Below, in pieces: positions 1 through 14,977 of a stretch of DNA of 64,000 nt. Both the position numbers and the translations under genes were made by a program. Within the stretch, counting starts at the first letter, position 1. Each line of letters opens with the position of its first letter. This DNA comes from Laetmonice hystrix (Eukaryota): contig OZ249436.1 of NCBI GenBank assembly GCA_965235115.1, positions 26,910,001 to 26,974,000 on the forward strand. Direction: 5' to 3'. The notes below the pieces were generated by a model. The model saw nothing but the letters and a program-made list of their open reading frames with translations. It was not told where the DNA came from and searched no databases.

Positions 1-728
1 ATGTTATTACTAAAGTGCCCGTTTTTTGTGTTACAATACCCTCGGCACACCCGTCTGAAATCACACGCAGAGAATTGATGTTAGCACTGGCGGCGCTGTT
101 TTATAGCCGTTCATGACAAGGATCCTCGAGGATGGAACAGGAGGCCCTCATAATCCTCCACGATCAGCATCTCGGGTACCATTCGTGATGGATCCCCGCA
201 CTCGCAATCCAATGGCCATTTATCTGAGGACCGTCCTCATCCTGCTCCGGAGTCCTCGTCTGAGTCCTTGTGGGATTAGAGGGACTCAATCAAGGTCATT
301 AGATTAGGGGCATTCCCTTCTGTCGCCGCATGACGAGAAAGTACTTGAGGTCATTGATTAGCTATTCCTACTTCTGAAAGTGTGATGACGTACCGCATAA
401 TTACGATTCTTGTGGCCCAGATTGGATCAAATCATATTCATAATTCGGGAGGAAAATGGATCAGGATACCTTCATGTTTAATGTTTGACTGCCCTCTGAT
501 TGACGTCCGCACGATGGCGCTCGCGGGGGGACAGGGGACAGGGGGCTGGGGACTGGGGACTGGGGACCGGGAGGCAGAAGGACGGACTAAAATAATAATT
601 CATGAATGATTTTCTTCGAGAGCGTTTAGGGTCGTTTCTTTTTATTTAGGCGATTTCCGGTGTTACTAAAGTTGTTTCGGATGGGTCCATTTGTAGATTC
701 TTGTCTGCATGTGTGTGACTTGGTGTGA

Positions 729-831
729 AGAGAGAGAGAGAGACAGACAGACAGACCGGCAGAGAGAGACGGAGAGAGGGACAGACAGAGAGAGACAGAG
801 AGAGAGACAGACAGAGAGAGACAGAGAGAGA
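729..831. repeat. (GA)n/(GACA)n compound microsatellite
   Basis: Direct reading: agagagagag...gacagacaga runs. Confidence 0.95.
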
Positions 832-2034
832 ATGCCTTCTAACTGGTCCATCCCACATTGACCCGCATGTTGTGAACGTGCACGGTATACCATCCGTACT
901 ATAAAGGTCCATGCACGGACCCCCAGAATGTTACCAACTTATATTTTCCCCCTAAAGTTTGCAACCATATTTGGCAGAGTTATATGACGTCATTTGGCGG
1001 CGGAGATCAGCTCGATTGTTGCCCAATTGTTTGCAGGCGTTTGCCGAACAAGGCGCGCCACTGCCCGCGCTGCCCTCCTGCCCTCTGGCGGGCATGTTTC
1101 TTTGTCTTACCTCCCGCCACAGACCCACCAAGGGAGCGGCTGATACGATTAGTGCAAACTCGGCCGACCCAAAGGTTGGCGCACTGCACCAGCAAATCAA
1201 CTGCTTTTAAGCTTTTATTTCTTCATGGGAAAACATTAAGCAACATAACCCAATTTGCCCCCGCAATTTCACTTGACTCTTAAATTATGCAATATGTTTG
1301 GGCAATTCCTCAGCGCGAGCTGTCAAGGTTGATTTTCGCCTAGTCTTTCTTAGCAATTGAATTTTCTGTCGAGGCCGGCTTACAATGGGATTAAGCGAGT
1401 GCCGGTGGAGCTGCGATGAATAATCATTCTCTTAAGGGGCGAGTGATAATCTATGACGGGAGGTGCGGGGCACGAGAGCCGTGTCAGGGGAGGCATTTAG
1501 AGCGGGGTTGTGTCGGGCGGGCGGTGGGCGGCGGTGGCACCTGGCCGGCCGGGCAGGCGTCACCTCGGCCGCCGAGTCCGGCCGCCCACGGTGATGTCCG
1601 TCGGCACCCTCGACCTGACCGAATCCATCCATCCTATACGGCGGCCACCGGTCGGCTGGACGGCCACACATATACACTCGGTAATAGTCCTCTGGCCGTA
1701 TGGGAGGCTGGACCAGGAGTGAACTGCCGGCCACGGGTGTGTCAGGAGCCATCAAACAGCAAGGCTTCCAATAACCAAGGACGTGGGATAGCCACCACAA
1801 CAAGCCCGCAGACCACAGGACCACGCAGGCAGCCAAGCAGGCGCCCCGACTGCTTACACAGAGAGAAGTGCCATGAAAACGTTTTATACTTTCTTTATTA
1901 TCATTTATGTCCATTAACGTATTCAAGGCTAATGTTCCTTACATGTATCCTGCTGCTCGAAAATAAAATTATGAGATATTGTTGTGAAAACGGCATAGAC
2001 AACATTAGTGCAATCTATTATATAAAGAGCGGTC

Positions 2035-2469
2035 GACCAGGGTCGGGTCCCATAAATGTTATGTCAGAATTTAGATAGCCCATAATCACTTATGTCAAAT
2101 AGAAGTAACCGACGTAACTGACGTAAGGGGCTTATTTCTACGCAGGTGGAGCCTGCCTGCGTAACTTCCTAAAATAAGAATTAATATACGAAACTTTGAA
2201 TTAATGTAGTTTATAATGTTACATCAACATATATGAAGTTTCATGGTGGCACGAGGAACATACTCTATGTGGTGCCATTAAAGTTTTAATAAAAATTGAT
2301 GTAGCGTTGAAATAAAGGCCCACATCACGCCAAAGAAAAGTCCCTACCGAGGCTTTCCACTTGGACGGAGGCGGGCCTACGTCAAATCGGTATAAGAAGT
2401 AGCATTCTACTTCTTACGTCAACGCTACGTCAATTTTTAGGCAAACATTTATGGGCCCCGACCCTGGTC
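2035..2469. mobile_element. Non-autonomous TIR element (MITE), ~435 bp
   Basis: Left end gaccagggtcgggtcccataaatgtt; right end reverse-complements to gaccagggtcggggcccataaatgtt (26 bp, 1 mismatch). No coding capacity and no clean TSD seen. Confidence 0.8.
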
Positions 2470-5400
2470 ATCTCCCAAAAGTTAGCCAAACCTTAAAAAA
2501 AATAACATTTTCATAGGGTTACAGCCACCGCAAGTACTTTATGACAGTGACTGCAAATACACTGTTTTGTACTGTTGTCTTGTTATTTTCTTTTGTATCT
2601 TTCCTCAAACATTCTCGGCACATATAATTATCATTTCATTATATCACCAGTTATCTCGTAATGTCTATTCAATTGTTTTAATTGTTACCGTTTCGTATTG
2701 TTCTTGTTTACGTTGTCGGCGGCGGACATGCCTGTGCTCTACAATCAGATATACAGCCCCGGTTACACTTTGAAGTCTGCCGAGTCTCACAGCGGTCATT
2801 AAGAAGTGGGAGTTGACAAAACGTAAAAGGATTCAAATATCACAGGTAGCATGGTCTCTCAGGTATGTGGAAGCCAACAGGTCGACCCACCTGTCTGATT
2901 GTTGTGTCCATCCCTGTTTGACGGAACACCTTTTGTCCCATTCCGACATAGGATCATTAGGGAACTATATGTGTGCCTGAAATTACACGCAGCTCTCCCT
3001 GAACAAAGCTGAGTGTCCATATAGAGTTACCGCCAACAATTTTCCCATGCTCAGTAGTTGCTGTCTGTTGAGTTTATCGCTGGGCGCCAAGGACCATTGT
3101 GTCCATGGGTCTCCCGTAGGGCTGACACATGTGTTTGTATATAATGTACAGACTTGTTTGCAATCAGGTTGTCAACATGGCGAAGCCGATGCGCTTCCTA
3201 TGAATATACGTACATTGGGCAAGTATTGAAAATGGTTCTGCGCCCAGCATGGAAACCGCCAATTACCCATTGCCTAATTTCGCTGCCCCCAATAACTTAG
3301 CCGGACGACTAATGACCCGAAAATTGGCTAATTTGTACATCAAATGACAAAACCAGGGTGGGGGCAGCGCCTACCGGGGCACCACTCAAGGTCCACCAAT
3401 CGACCCACGGATGACTCCGATAAAGAAAACGTTAATGTTGTTGTACTTGAGTTTGAAAACTGCGAATTGCGCAGGAGCATTAGGCGCCAGGTCTGACTGG
3501 TCAATTAGGTGTGGGTACTACAAAGGGCGCTCAATTACCTGTTACCGCAACTCACTGGGAAGTCCCATTTGTTTCAGGCTTAGTTCCCGCTTTGCAGCCA
3601 ACAATACCCCCTAAGGACTTCACACAAAAGCGAATTCCTAAACACCTTTCTGCTACATATGGTGAGGAATGCGAGCTTGAGTTGCACTCACCTTTTTCCA
3701 GAGTGTTATGTACGATGGGCCTGCCATAGGCGTCAAGATGCTGTGCCTTTATTTGGGTCTCAGCGTGCCAAAAGGTGAGAGTGATTGCAATCTTTTGATC
3801 CCGTCCACGTCAGGTATTAGTGAGGGTCAAGTTGAGAGGTGCTCACACACCAGCAGAAAAAAAGAACTCCTACCGGTGGGGCCACAGGTAGTTTAACAAC
3901 CAGATCAACGTTCGAAGAACAGGTTCTCGGGAATAACTCTCTGTTTTCTTTATGTGTCTATAATAGGACCAAGAGTAGGTTCATGTTTGCTTTCCGGTTT
4001 GGTATATTTGGTATACACAATGATGCAATCACATATGTGCAGTGTATTTTGATTGCAGTGGAACTGAAGAGCTGGAGTCATATGAAGTTCGTTCTGTACA
4101 TTTTACTGCTTTTCTACAGCACTTACAGCACTGGTTGTATTTGTGAACATTGCCTGATTAGGACTGAGTTAGAAAAGGTACGATTCTAGCCCCCCCCCCC
4201 CCCCGAAGTTTGTCACTGTCACTCTGTCTGTCACTCCTATACTTCTGTCATGGTATATTCATGAAGATAGTGGAAACGTTTAAAACGAGTTCTTTGCGGG
4301 GCAGGGTTGGTTGAAGGCTGTATGTATACACACTGTTGATGACATGTGATCAGACATGTTTCGTTGTTAGTCTATTTGGTGAAAGGGTTATACAATGTAT
4401 AACAAATTACTGGACTATGCACCCCCCCCCCCACCCCTCAAAGCAACCACTGTCTCGCCCTTATCATTCCGAATGAAGACGTCTGTGTGAAAAAAGATAT
4501 CCAAATTTTGGAATATAAAAAAATCATGTACATAAACTTTATGTTTAGGTCGGTTGGTGGTTAGCGTACGTGTGCTTCTTTACGTCCTGTTCTATTATAG
4601 GCCTACTCAGTGATACGTGGCCAGCCGTACCAAACCATTACCAATGCCATTCTGCTGCTGTACCTGTATGTTCTGTTGGTGTGGGTGTTCCACGCTTCCT
4701 CTGAATTTAAAGAACAGAAACGAGATTTGTCAATAGAAGTGAATGTGGTGTTCGATCTCAGCTGATCGTTTCTTCTGGACTCTTTACGAAAAATGGGACA
4801 AATGTTTCAATGTTTGAGATATACCACATTTCCCCGAGTGTAAAAAATCATATTGTTCGATGACATCTTCTAAGAGTTGTTATATAAAATATAGGTAGCT
4901 AGGCCTACCACTCTTTTGCAAATTTCAAATGTCGTATGGTCGACTTTGGATCAGAAGGCATGCGCAATGCTGGTTGTGTCCTAGAATGTATATGGCGTTC
5001 ACAGCTGACAGAAATTCTTACCATCCAGTTGTTGACATTACAATAATACTGCACAATCAAACATATAAAGGAAGTGTCAAATGTTGGTATGTTGCGGTCA
5101 TGATGACTAAGCTGCGACCTTTACGACATGTCTTAACTCTTCATGCCATTTCTCTACATTCCGCACACTTTGGTGACCTTATGATTGTTTACAAAACTGT
5201 CGCCACACAAGTTCCCTAACTGTCTGATTACGTGACACGCCTGCATTAATAAGTTCCACTATTATATAGTGACAGCCTCTATCGATCCACAGAGTTGTGT
5301 TCCTCCAATCCCTGAGCAGGACATTACGAATAATCCCGAGTCTTGGGACATTAAAATAGGGTCGATATGTGTTTGATATATAATAGAGAGACCTGCCATG

Positions 5401-8400
5401 ATAATGCGTCAATTTGCCGAGACTGTACGTTGACGTCGCGGGCGACAATCGACCTTTTCCTATGCGTTCCATATTGACTAAATGACAATTAATCGATCCG
5501 CCTTGTCTTCCCTGCTACCATTTGAAGTTTTCACAAACATTTATAACACAATCACTTACAGTTGTCCCACGTGAATGGTTTCTGTGCGCGACAATCAATA
5601 GCAACATTAAGCAGGAATACCCGAAGCTCAATCAGTTCCATTGTAGAAGCTTTCTACCTTAATCTTTCCCTCTCTGATATTGATGTATGTATATGGATGA
5701 TTCTTCTATACAAGAGTTTCATCTGGGCTGATCAGTGACGTGCGCCTGGGATAATTGTGTTATAGGACGACCAACAGTCCTTCCTTACCCCCTCCCCCCA
5801 AATGCATCAAGAGATAAGACGTCATAAATAACGCTGCTGTGAGTAGGCATGTTTCAAACAAGGTGTCGTTTAGCTTTTGTTTCATCAGCTTATTTTCAAA
5901 CGTCTCCCGGTGATGTTTTTCTCTTCTCGGCTGATGACTGTCATCCTTCATGAATACAAGAAACGAGGGCTAACGTCCTAACGCGAGGGACACCCATTAG
6001 TGGCTATTGTCTTTGCCTTTGTCAATCAGTCAAGCGTGCGGACGTTTCCTAATCCAAATACTATACACCAATCCATGTAGGAATTCATGCAAATTCATGT
6101 AGGGTGTTATACGTAGTCGCTGTGTCGAGCGGATACATGGGCAAAGAGAACATTGAAATAGAACAAACTGCGTCACACATCCGCCCTCTTTATTTTCGAT
6201 TCGCCGGTCACATGGAGGGAGAGAGAGAAAAAAAGAAGGGATTTTCATCAAGCGGCATGCAAGATCTGTCAGAGCTGAAGGCCCGGGTTAAAGATGGTAT
6301 TGAATTTTCACACAGTGACTGACATGTGAACGGGCTGGCCTGACAGACACTGGTGGCGGGGTATTTCTAGTCGTTGTCGGCTGTATTGACACCGTTTACA
6401 AGCAGCTTGCCAGCCTGAAAGGTCGGGAAAGGAGCAGTGGCAGAGAATGGCTGGCCTCTAGACCGAGGGTGGCAGGAAATCTAGTCAGGTCCACTCTGGC
6501 GTTTGCGTGCAAAACAGTGTTAAACTAGATAAGAAATTCCCCGATGGCCTCCATGAACTGGGTGTGTGAATAGGGAGGGCCACTCTCCGGAATCAATGCA
6601 AGTGGTTGTGGATATGGTGGATCGAGAGAGCGGAGCAGGCTCCACGAAAACTGGAAACGTATGCAAGGACGAAACGGACTCTGAGTATTATTGTGATCTT
6701 TAATAAGGTTGAATAAGTTTATGAATTATAAACTAATCAATGATCTTTCAGCCTCACAAGGAGATTTCAATACAGAGAAAGTGTATGTATTTCTGCCGTA
6801 CGTTTTCAGCCGGGTAGAACTGATGTAAATACTGAAGTCGTGTTGTTTTGTTAGCACTGATCTTACGAATGAGAAATGAGAGACAGAAGGGAGGTGGTCA
6901 TTTGTCTCTCCAGTCGACTTCGTCGTCGATTCAGGACAGTCCCTGGAAAGATTCCCTGCCATAACTATATAATTACTGTACATGTGTATATCTTTTTTCC
7001 CATGTTATGCCTCATTTTAATTTACAGTTAGGGTATACTTTTGTACACAAACGTTGAAAACTATATAAACTGGTTATAAAAGTTTTCCGATGATTTTCAT
7101 TTTAAAAGACACCTTTTTTAGTTTAAAGTGTCCAACATTGTATTGCACCTACATGGATAGTTGAGTGCGAGTGTGTCCCTCATTCGAGGGAGGAGAGTAA
7201 AGGTGATAGCTGCTATTGACCTCGGGTTTTTGCCCCACTCTCCTTGCTGAAAGATCGCCAGGCCAAAGCCATCGATGATGAGTGGTAAAGAAAGTTGTAC
7301 GTTATGTGGCCGAAACCACATGTAGTGTGTTTGGTGAGAGGTATTCCGGTGAAAGCATGCATGCAAACCGCCAGCTGCCCAGCTTTAAGAGAACCCCACC
7401 GTGTCATTTTAGTTATTTCTGTTAATACATCAGACATGTCCATCAAAGTCGGAAGATCGATGGCCGAGAGCACCTCAAGGGGGATTTAACGTGTAAGACG
7501 GCTTCAAGTGGGAATTCCACTCTGCCATAGGGGGCTAAAATCCCCCCCCCCCTTTGGCCTCTGAAGTGGAAGGGCCTCCTTGAACCAACAGAGGTGACTG
7601 AATGACGCGCGGCTCACGAGTTCTCGCGTCGTCTCGCGAGGATAGGGTCCCCATTCAGAAAAATTCGCATAATCGTCCTCACACTCGTCGACACAAATAT
7701 TTGATGCTCGCGTCGTGTATTTGCGCGCGGTTTTTGTCTGTATGCCATAAACAGGGCGGGCGGCCTGGGTGCCTCGTCTCCTTGCGAGACCCCGCCGGTA
7801 ACGAGACTTGAATGCGGACTGTCAATCACGGGTTTCGAACCACCGGAGTGCTATTGTGTGCAGGGTTGGTCCCAACAATGGACCGCCGCTAATCAACTAA
7901 CTTGTCCCGCGACCCAGGGAGCCCAGGCAGTGTCCGCTCCGGCTCTGGATCGCTTGTTAAGGTGCCCCACGGGAGACTTCGTATATACGGGGCTCAGACG
8001 GACATCCAACGCCTGGGACTCCTTTCAGGGAAGGGAGCGAGGGAGGGGTGGCAGTTCTGTCCTTCATTGTGGAGGCCACTGTTGAGCTTTTGTCTGTGCG
8101 GTCGTGTCAGCATTCACCTGTCAACATTCCATCGCCGGTCGGTGCTCCCTGCTCGCCCCGGCGCCACCCCGGCACCCGGCCACCACCACGCCGAGTTAAA
8201 TTGTCGGGAGCCAAGCCCTGCATTCACCGGGGAGTGTGCCCCGTTCAGACCGCTCTCCCCACCCCACCCGCCCATCACCCCGCACCCCTCCATACATACC
8301 CCGGTCACATATCACCTGGAGTTTCCTGTATATCTTCTCCTGCCAATCACACTGAATGATTCTGAAGAAGACCATCCGTTGGGATTCCCACGGAAAATTG

Positions 8401-8412
8401 TGGGGTAGGGCG

Positions 8413-8480
8413 ACTTCCCAGGTGGTGTGACTGTGCTGAGATTCACACTTCCCAGGTGGTGTGACTGTGCTGAGATTCAC
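8413..8480. repeat. Perfect 34-bp tandem duplication
   Basis: acttcccaggtggtgtgactgtgctgagattcac occurs at 8413 and 8447. Confidence 0.95.
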
Positions 8481-9491
8481 AGTAGACGTTATCTTAATTG
8501 AGTCTTTAGTGAATGTTGAGGTTCAGATGAACACTAAAGATATAAATACCTATAGAAATCAAATTAGCGTTCAGTACATCGTCTTATCTTTAACTTCGTG
8601 TTATATGGTGTTCAGATATCTTATACACAGATGTTGCAATATAAAAGAAACCTGTATAGGTGTAACCTATATATTTTTCGTAATAATGGTAATCATTTGT
8701 TCCAAGGACAATTCCTACATGATATTCTATCCTTAGTTCGTGTTTAAGGTGGTATATGGTCCCAGAAAGAGGTTGGACGGTAATTGTGGTGTCCTGCAGA
8801 GAGCTATTCTTTTCCCGCTCTATCTATCATCAAACAGTACAGCCAGGAACGACATATTTCATCGTAGGCTTTTGATAAAACAACATTTCAAAGCGAAATT
8901 CGAAATATGTATCAAGAAATGACCCATGGAAACGTTGCATGTCATAATACCGTTATTGCTGTAATAAAAACTAGCTAATGGAACAAACTCAAAATGGCAG
9001 ACACCATCACTGAACAACGTAAATCAGCCAGTTAACAAAAAAGGTGGGGGACATAATATATTATTGCATATTGCGCTGATACTGAAATGGGAATTGTGCC
9101 CACTCGTATTTTCCTGGTCATACCTGCTCGCCACCCCCGTCCCCTTACCCCCCCCCCCCCCCCTGTCCTCGACAGCCCACCACTGTCTGCCCGTGCCTAA
9201 TATCATTACAGCCCGCAAGGCCTGTTTGTTCAGCTAACGAGATTAGCCTATTGTGCGCTCAGTAGACGAGTAAATATTTTCTTGTGGCCCATTCAGCCTG
9301 ATCATCGTTGTGGCAAACAGCATACAGAGGAACGCTATCGACCAATCGAGCTTCGATTGAGGCGGACATGAAAGTCCTGACAATCGACCGGTTGACACGC
9401 AGTCTCACGTGAGGCCCAGGTCCGACGGCCTGCCAGGCGCCCTGCGACTCCTGGCTCTCTCTCGCCACCCCCCCCCCCCATCCCCCCTGCC

Positions 9492-9542
9492 TCTCTCTTT
9501 CTCTCTCTCGCTCTCTCTCTCCCTTTCTCTCTCCCATACCCC

Positions 9543-9602
<60 letters not shown>
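9492..9602. repeat. (CT)n microsatellite
   Basis: Imperfect CT tract followed by a pure CT run at about 9549-9602. Confidence 0.95.
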
Positions 9603-9606
<4 letters not shown>

Positions 9607-12600
9607 GAAAGGAGAACACTGGGTCAAGTAATTTCTTTCTCTGAGTCAAACCTCCGTTAATTTCCCCGTCGCCAAGGAAGAGGTAATTTTTTGCAGCAAT
9701 TGCTAAATTTGTAGTTGGGTGCGGCATATTTTGATGGGGATCGATAACGTTCGACTGGGGATAATTGCAAGGCTCGCGTGGAGAGTAAAAAGTAATTGCT
9801 GTTGAACGCTGGCTCCCGATACAAACGTTTAGAAAACATTGGGCCCTGCTCATTTTTGACGCGCTTATTTTCCAGGCCGCTTTACCGTGGCAGTCGAAAG
9901 GCTACTGCTGGCGAGCACGCCATGATTGCTGAGTAATTGTCGGTCTCTCGACGGTAGCGAACACTCGGTCCGGTCCTTACGTGTGCTCCTTAAACTCGGC
10001 TATTTATTTAATGTATAATACCTCGATAATGTTCTCATTTGGGACTCTCGGATGTTGGCGAAAGGCCTTTAATACGCTTGAACACCGACCATCGTTCATC
10101 ATAGAGGGCGCAAGGCCGGGGCGGCACTACTTTCAGTGGCGATCAATCCGCCTCAATTTGGCCAAATTACGTACAAATTAGTCGTTGTCGTGTTGCGCAG
10201 GACGCATGCACGATCCATAGACCCCACCGGCTGCAAAAACGCACTCAACCGGCATAAATTCTCCTCCAAATTACCGACATTTTGCAAATTTGCAAGTACG
10301 ACCACACGATCCTGCAGCTTGTATCGATTCGGTTTGGCCGTCTAGCGGCTTTCCCTTCGCCCGCACACTTACAGCAATTTTCTCGTGAAATGAAAGAAGT
10401 AACCTCTTGCTCCTGCTACCCATAAAGAATTTATCTTCAGTAATGATTTTATTTGTACAGAAAATATTTGTCACGAAAGAAACTATGCTGAGATCAATAT
10501 ATTCTTGTTTTATCGCCCAGAAACGCGGACCGCCAATAAAATTTAGACTGTTTCTTTTGCGAGGAAAACCAATTCTGTGCAGGAGCTTGCGAGCGAGCTA
10601 TCGTTTGCCTTGCCCCCCTTTTGGCCACGAGGCCTACAGCCGACATTGGCGATAATACAGGGTAGTGGGCGCAGCACCCACTACAGCGACCTTGCCTCCG
10701 AGTGCAGTGATTGAATCTATTGATATTATAAGCTTTGATAACTGTCATTTGGTGGCAAATTGCCGAATCAATAGGCGGCTAATTTAATGAGACCACCGCC
10801 CCTCGCTCGCCCTCAGAGCGCCTCGGGGTCCGTCCCTGCCTCGTTGCCCAGCTAAATACCCACACCGAATCCACCACTGATTGAATTAAAATTTCGCCGA
10901 ATCGGATTAGAAAAATGAATAACTCCTTTGCTGTCGACCATGTTCGCGCCATTATGCGGTGTAAATGGATAAAGCGTCCATAAAATGGCCATTACATACA
11001 TGATTGGGTCGATAATGTGAGCTGGGTTGACGCAGTGGTATAATGTGAGCAGAGCCTGAGCTGACCAACAACGTCCGCCATGTACACACACACCCACACA
11101 CCGCCCGGATGTGGTGTACATTGGTTAAATATTATACGCTACCACCTATTACCTATACCTCACTCCTCCGTCTTATGTCTGAGAAGGTGATCATGTTATT
11201 TTATGACCCTAAAGCTAAAATTGAAAATGTTTGTTATGATGATGCTATACTATGATATCTGCATGAATCCACTTTATTCTGGTGTGGCTATTATTTAATC
11301 TGTTTATCATCACAAAGGCTAATATTATCATTATTGGTATAATCTATGAATAGTGTATTTCTACTCTTCCGTATTCTACTCCTGTCCGATTAAAGCACAA
11401 AATAAAAGGAAGCGTGAAGAAAAGTATCATTTCCATACACTACTGGCAGTGACTTACATCATAAGGAATGAGATACTGCAAAAATAACTTATCGTTGCTT
11501 TGTGTCTCCTCGCTCCATTCATATTTTAATCATCTTTCTCCCTTTCTCATCCTTCCTGTTTATTTATTCTTCTCTTCCCCCCTTTCATCCATTCACTCAG
11601 TTCACGTTCACTTATGAAAAGATTGAAGTCTCTATCGCTCGTCATTTTATCTGATTATAGAGAACATTTACAGATCTAAAAAGTGTTTATTCTCCTTACT
11701 ATTGTTTTTACTAATACAGATACCGTTCCAATTGGAGTATACAGCTTTGGCAAAACGTCCTATTGAAGTGAACGCATTCATAAATAATATTTTCATACAT
11801 CGTAAGAGCTTCTAAACCATTAATCAGTTCAGTCAATGTTCGGTGTACCGCATTTGATCACAAAGCTGGTTTATATGTTCGTTTCTTTGGATCTTTATTT
11901 TTCTCCGCTAAGTGAGATTCCTTTAATCATGTGTTCGCCCGTTGATGAGATGTTTTGTCGTATAATAGTGTTGTGCGTTCTATTTGTAAATTATGTCTGC
12001 AGACGTCAGCGACTGAAAAATCCTTTACGGTGAATTGGCAGTTATTAGGTTGGCATGATTAGTAGAAATCACAACGTCGCATTACGTTTGTCGTAAACAT
12101 TATGCAAACAAGCGGGAAAAACTCCAAATGCCTAGCAACAGCACGGCAGGACTGCGCATAATTCCAGGCACAGCGGCGGCATGCTTCTGGCGCCACCTAT
12201 AGCTGGACTAGGGAACCTTCGCTAGACTTTCCATTAATGACGTATTTAAGGCGGAATGCATGAGCCGGCGTGGCTCGGTCGTCACATGTACTCCTAACCC
12301 CAGTGTGTTGAGAGTTGAACCGGGACAGCACCCACTAGATGACCAACATGCCCATTACCAAGACAACGGACAACCTCTAGTTGCGTTCTCAGCCGATCCT
12401 ATGGCTCTCTTCCCAGTTCAAATATGGCGACCACTATCTTGGCACGCCACAGGCGCTAATTTTATTATTTCGTTCCATTAAGTTTAAACGAGGTGTAAAG
12501 CTTTTAAGATAGCGTAAAAGCCTTTTAGTGTAGCTTCTATAATTTCAGTTGCCAGCTAATCTCGGCTGAATTGGTGGCTAATAGGCGTGTTCCACGCGAA

Positions 12601-14820
12601 GCAAGCCGAAAAGCTTAGTGTTTTCTCAAAGTTTCGTCCAAACACCTAATTCGATTACCTGACAAATGGTGACGCTGCGCGAGTAGCAAAACTACGAATA
12701 ATATTTGGCCGGCATATTTTCACCGCAAGTGCTATCGATGCGAGAGAGAATATAAATCAACGGATTTCATCGTATTAGAGGTGATATTGTGTCTAAATGA
12801 ATTAATCATGAAAAATTGACCCGCAAGGATTTCTCGACACCACGAAAATTGCCCGAAGTAGGGGTGGAAGCTGGCAGCACTTAGCGGTTGCTTGCGAGAC
12901 GTTTTTAGTCAGCCGAGCTCGTGCCGGTAAAATGTCGCCAAATCAGAGGGCGGAAACTTCTGGTGGAGGCGGTAATGCGGCTGTGGTCATGCGCCCTGGA
13001 CCGGGTCCACTCAGCGAGTCCAGCTATAACGTTTCACACCTCACGCCCAACTCGCGCCGTTTCCGCCGATATTCGCGCCATTTACAATAATTTAGAAGGC
13101 ACTGCCGCCGGAGAATGGCACTGCTTCATTATTCGTATTATCTGAGAGAAATCTGATTAGTGGCGAATGCAATAATCGGGCGCTCGGAGGGGTCTGCGCT
13201 GGCGAAAAGTCGACAATATCCCGCCGTCATATTCCAGTCGTTTAAAAAATAATCCGCAATTTGATACGGACATCAGGGGGGAATTAGGCGCCTGATTGTC
13301 TTTGTTGTGTCCCTAGCGGATCCATTTCTTCGTTCTGGCACTAATGAGATTGATATGTTTAATAAAAACATGTTCGCCTCCACGCACAGAGCTGTTACTG
13401 CGTGCAGTGTCCAGGTGGGCGTGTGTTGGGAGAGTGAGGTCTGAGGACGGGCGGACGACCGGCCGGACAGACCGACCGACGGACGTATAGCGCTGTCCCC
13501 GGCCATGTGCCTTACCTCCACTCCAGTAGGGTGGAGAAAGGAGGGGGCAGGGCAAATTGCCGAGGCGGCCATAATGGTCTATAGCCACGACGTTGTTAGG
13601 TCTGATTGCCATTCATTGCAGCCGGGGAAAAATGGATTGCCAACACACACTGTCGTGTAAGGTAACTGAGGGAGACGTGGACTGTGCACGTCCCCCCCCC
13701 CCACATCACCCCCACCCCCACCATACACCCCCCCCCCCCCACCCCCTCCCTGTTCCCCGCCCCCTTTACTTTTGGCCGTATCCTGAGTCTTGTCACCACG
13801 TCGCGGTGACGCAGAGAGGGGGGCTGTGGAGGTCAATAAATGCACGTCGATACTTGGGCTCCCGCGTGACCCCATAAGTCGTGCCACTCTCTATGGTGTG
13901 GCTGTGTTTTGGTACACGCCAACAAATAGTTTGTGGTGGCGCCCCAAACGGCCATGTTGTTATACTACTTACATGGAGCGGCCAATCATTCACGGTTTGA
14001 CCTGCTTCACCTGGACTCTGGATACATCTCTCGCTAGGACAGACTAAGAGTGATCATCGCAGCACATCAAGGGCGCTCTGGACCATCCCTGTCATACAGT
14101 TTATTGTTCCGCTACAGTTTCCTAAAATGATCATTTTTAACCCGCTTTTTGTCACTTTCCCTCTCAGACTCCCATAATCTGGGACTCGTATCAGTATAAT
14201 ATGTCGACTAGAGAAAAACCGATTTATCAGTTACGCTGACCAGAATGGTTTCTTTGGGGGAAATAAAAACGTTCATTTGATCTTCAGCTTACACTGTTCA
14301 AATCGTTATGTTTTAATCTTAATCTTTAATTTGGAATCAACCCGACATGACATTATTTCAGCCATGATTTCTGGTGCATTGATTGGAGTAAATTCCGCTC
14401 GTGTACGGTAGCTACCATTGCGAACTTGTCCCGAGCTGATTGGTAAGTTTTGTTTTCAGCGGTCCCCCGCACGACAAGTGGCATGTTTGTGCTCGGTGGG
14501 GAGGGTTGTGATTGGCGGGTGGTCCGACCGGGTGGGGTTGGGAATCGATCAGTTGACAGGGGATGGTTGACAGGGGACCGGCACCGAGCCACAGCCCCAG
14601 GCCGCCGCGTCCGGCCCGCCCCGACTACATGGCACCAACTGGTCCTGCAGCACTGCGGCTTCAACTGACAGGTAAGCAGGTTCAGTGCAGCCACAGACCA
14701 AGGAAGCCATCGGGCCAGGCAGCGTCAGACCTATACTATATAGACAGAATTCGACCTAGATACTTAGGGCTCCTCAATCCCCTTCGTGTCACACGAGAGA
14801 GGGTTTACCGGGTACTTGCC

Positions 14821-14977
14821 CTTCTTCTTCATCTTCTTCTTCCTCTTTTTCTTTTTCTAAACAGCTCTGCAACGTACGTATTTGTTTGTGTGTTGTTTGC
14901 CATATGTTCTTTTTATCACTAAAAAACTAAATAAAATTATTTCTTCTTCTTCTTCTTCTTCTTCTTCTTCTTCTTCT
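14821..14977. repeat. (CTT)n tracts
   Basis: cttcttcttc runs at about 14821-14845 and 14941-14977. Confidence 0.9.

Noticed and set aside
1416..2078. 220-aa ORF and overlapping antisense ORF
   Set aside because: GC-rich low-complexity translation with no recognisable domain; it runs into an AT-rich tract and a MITE.
2840..2960. Minus-strand VDLLAS resembling the DIRS 'DLFAS' motif
   Set aside because: Flanking residues do not fit, the frame is closed by nearby stops, and there are no RT or tyrosine recombinase remnants.
9259..9853. ERERER/SLSLSL ORFs (also at 646-912, 16606-17411 and 28139-28547)
   Set aside because: These are translations of GA/CT microsatellites.
10650..10672. taccctgta on the minus strand, matching the start of miR-10
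   Set aside because: The match stops after 9 nt and there is no hairpin.
12545..12620. miR-216-like words (taatctcggctg / agctggcaactg)
   Set aside because: Only partial matches on opposite strands and no convincing pre-miRNA hairpin.
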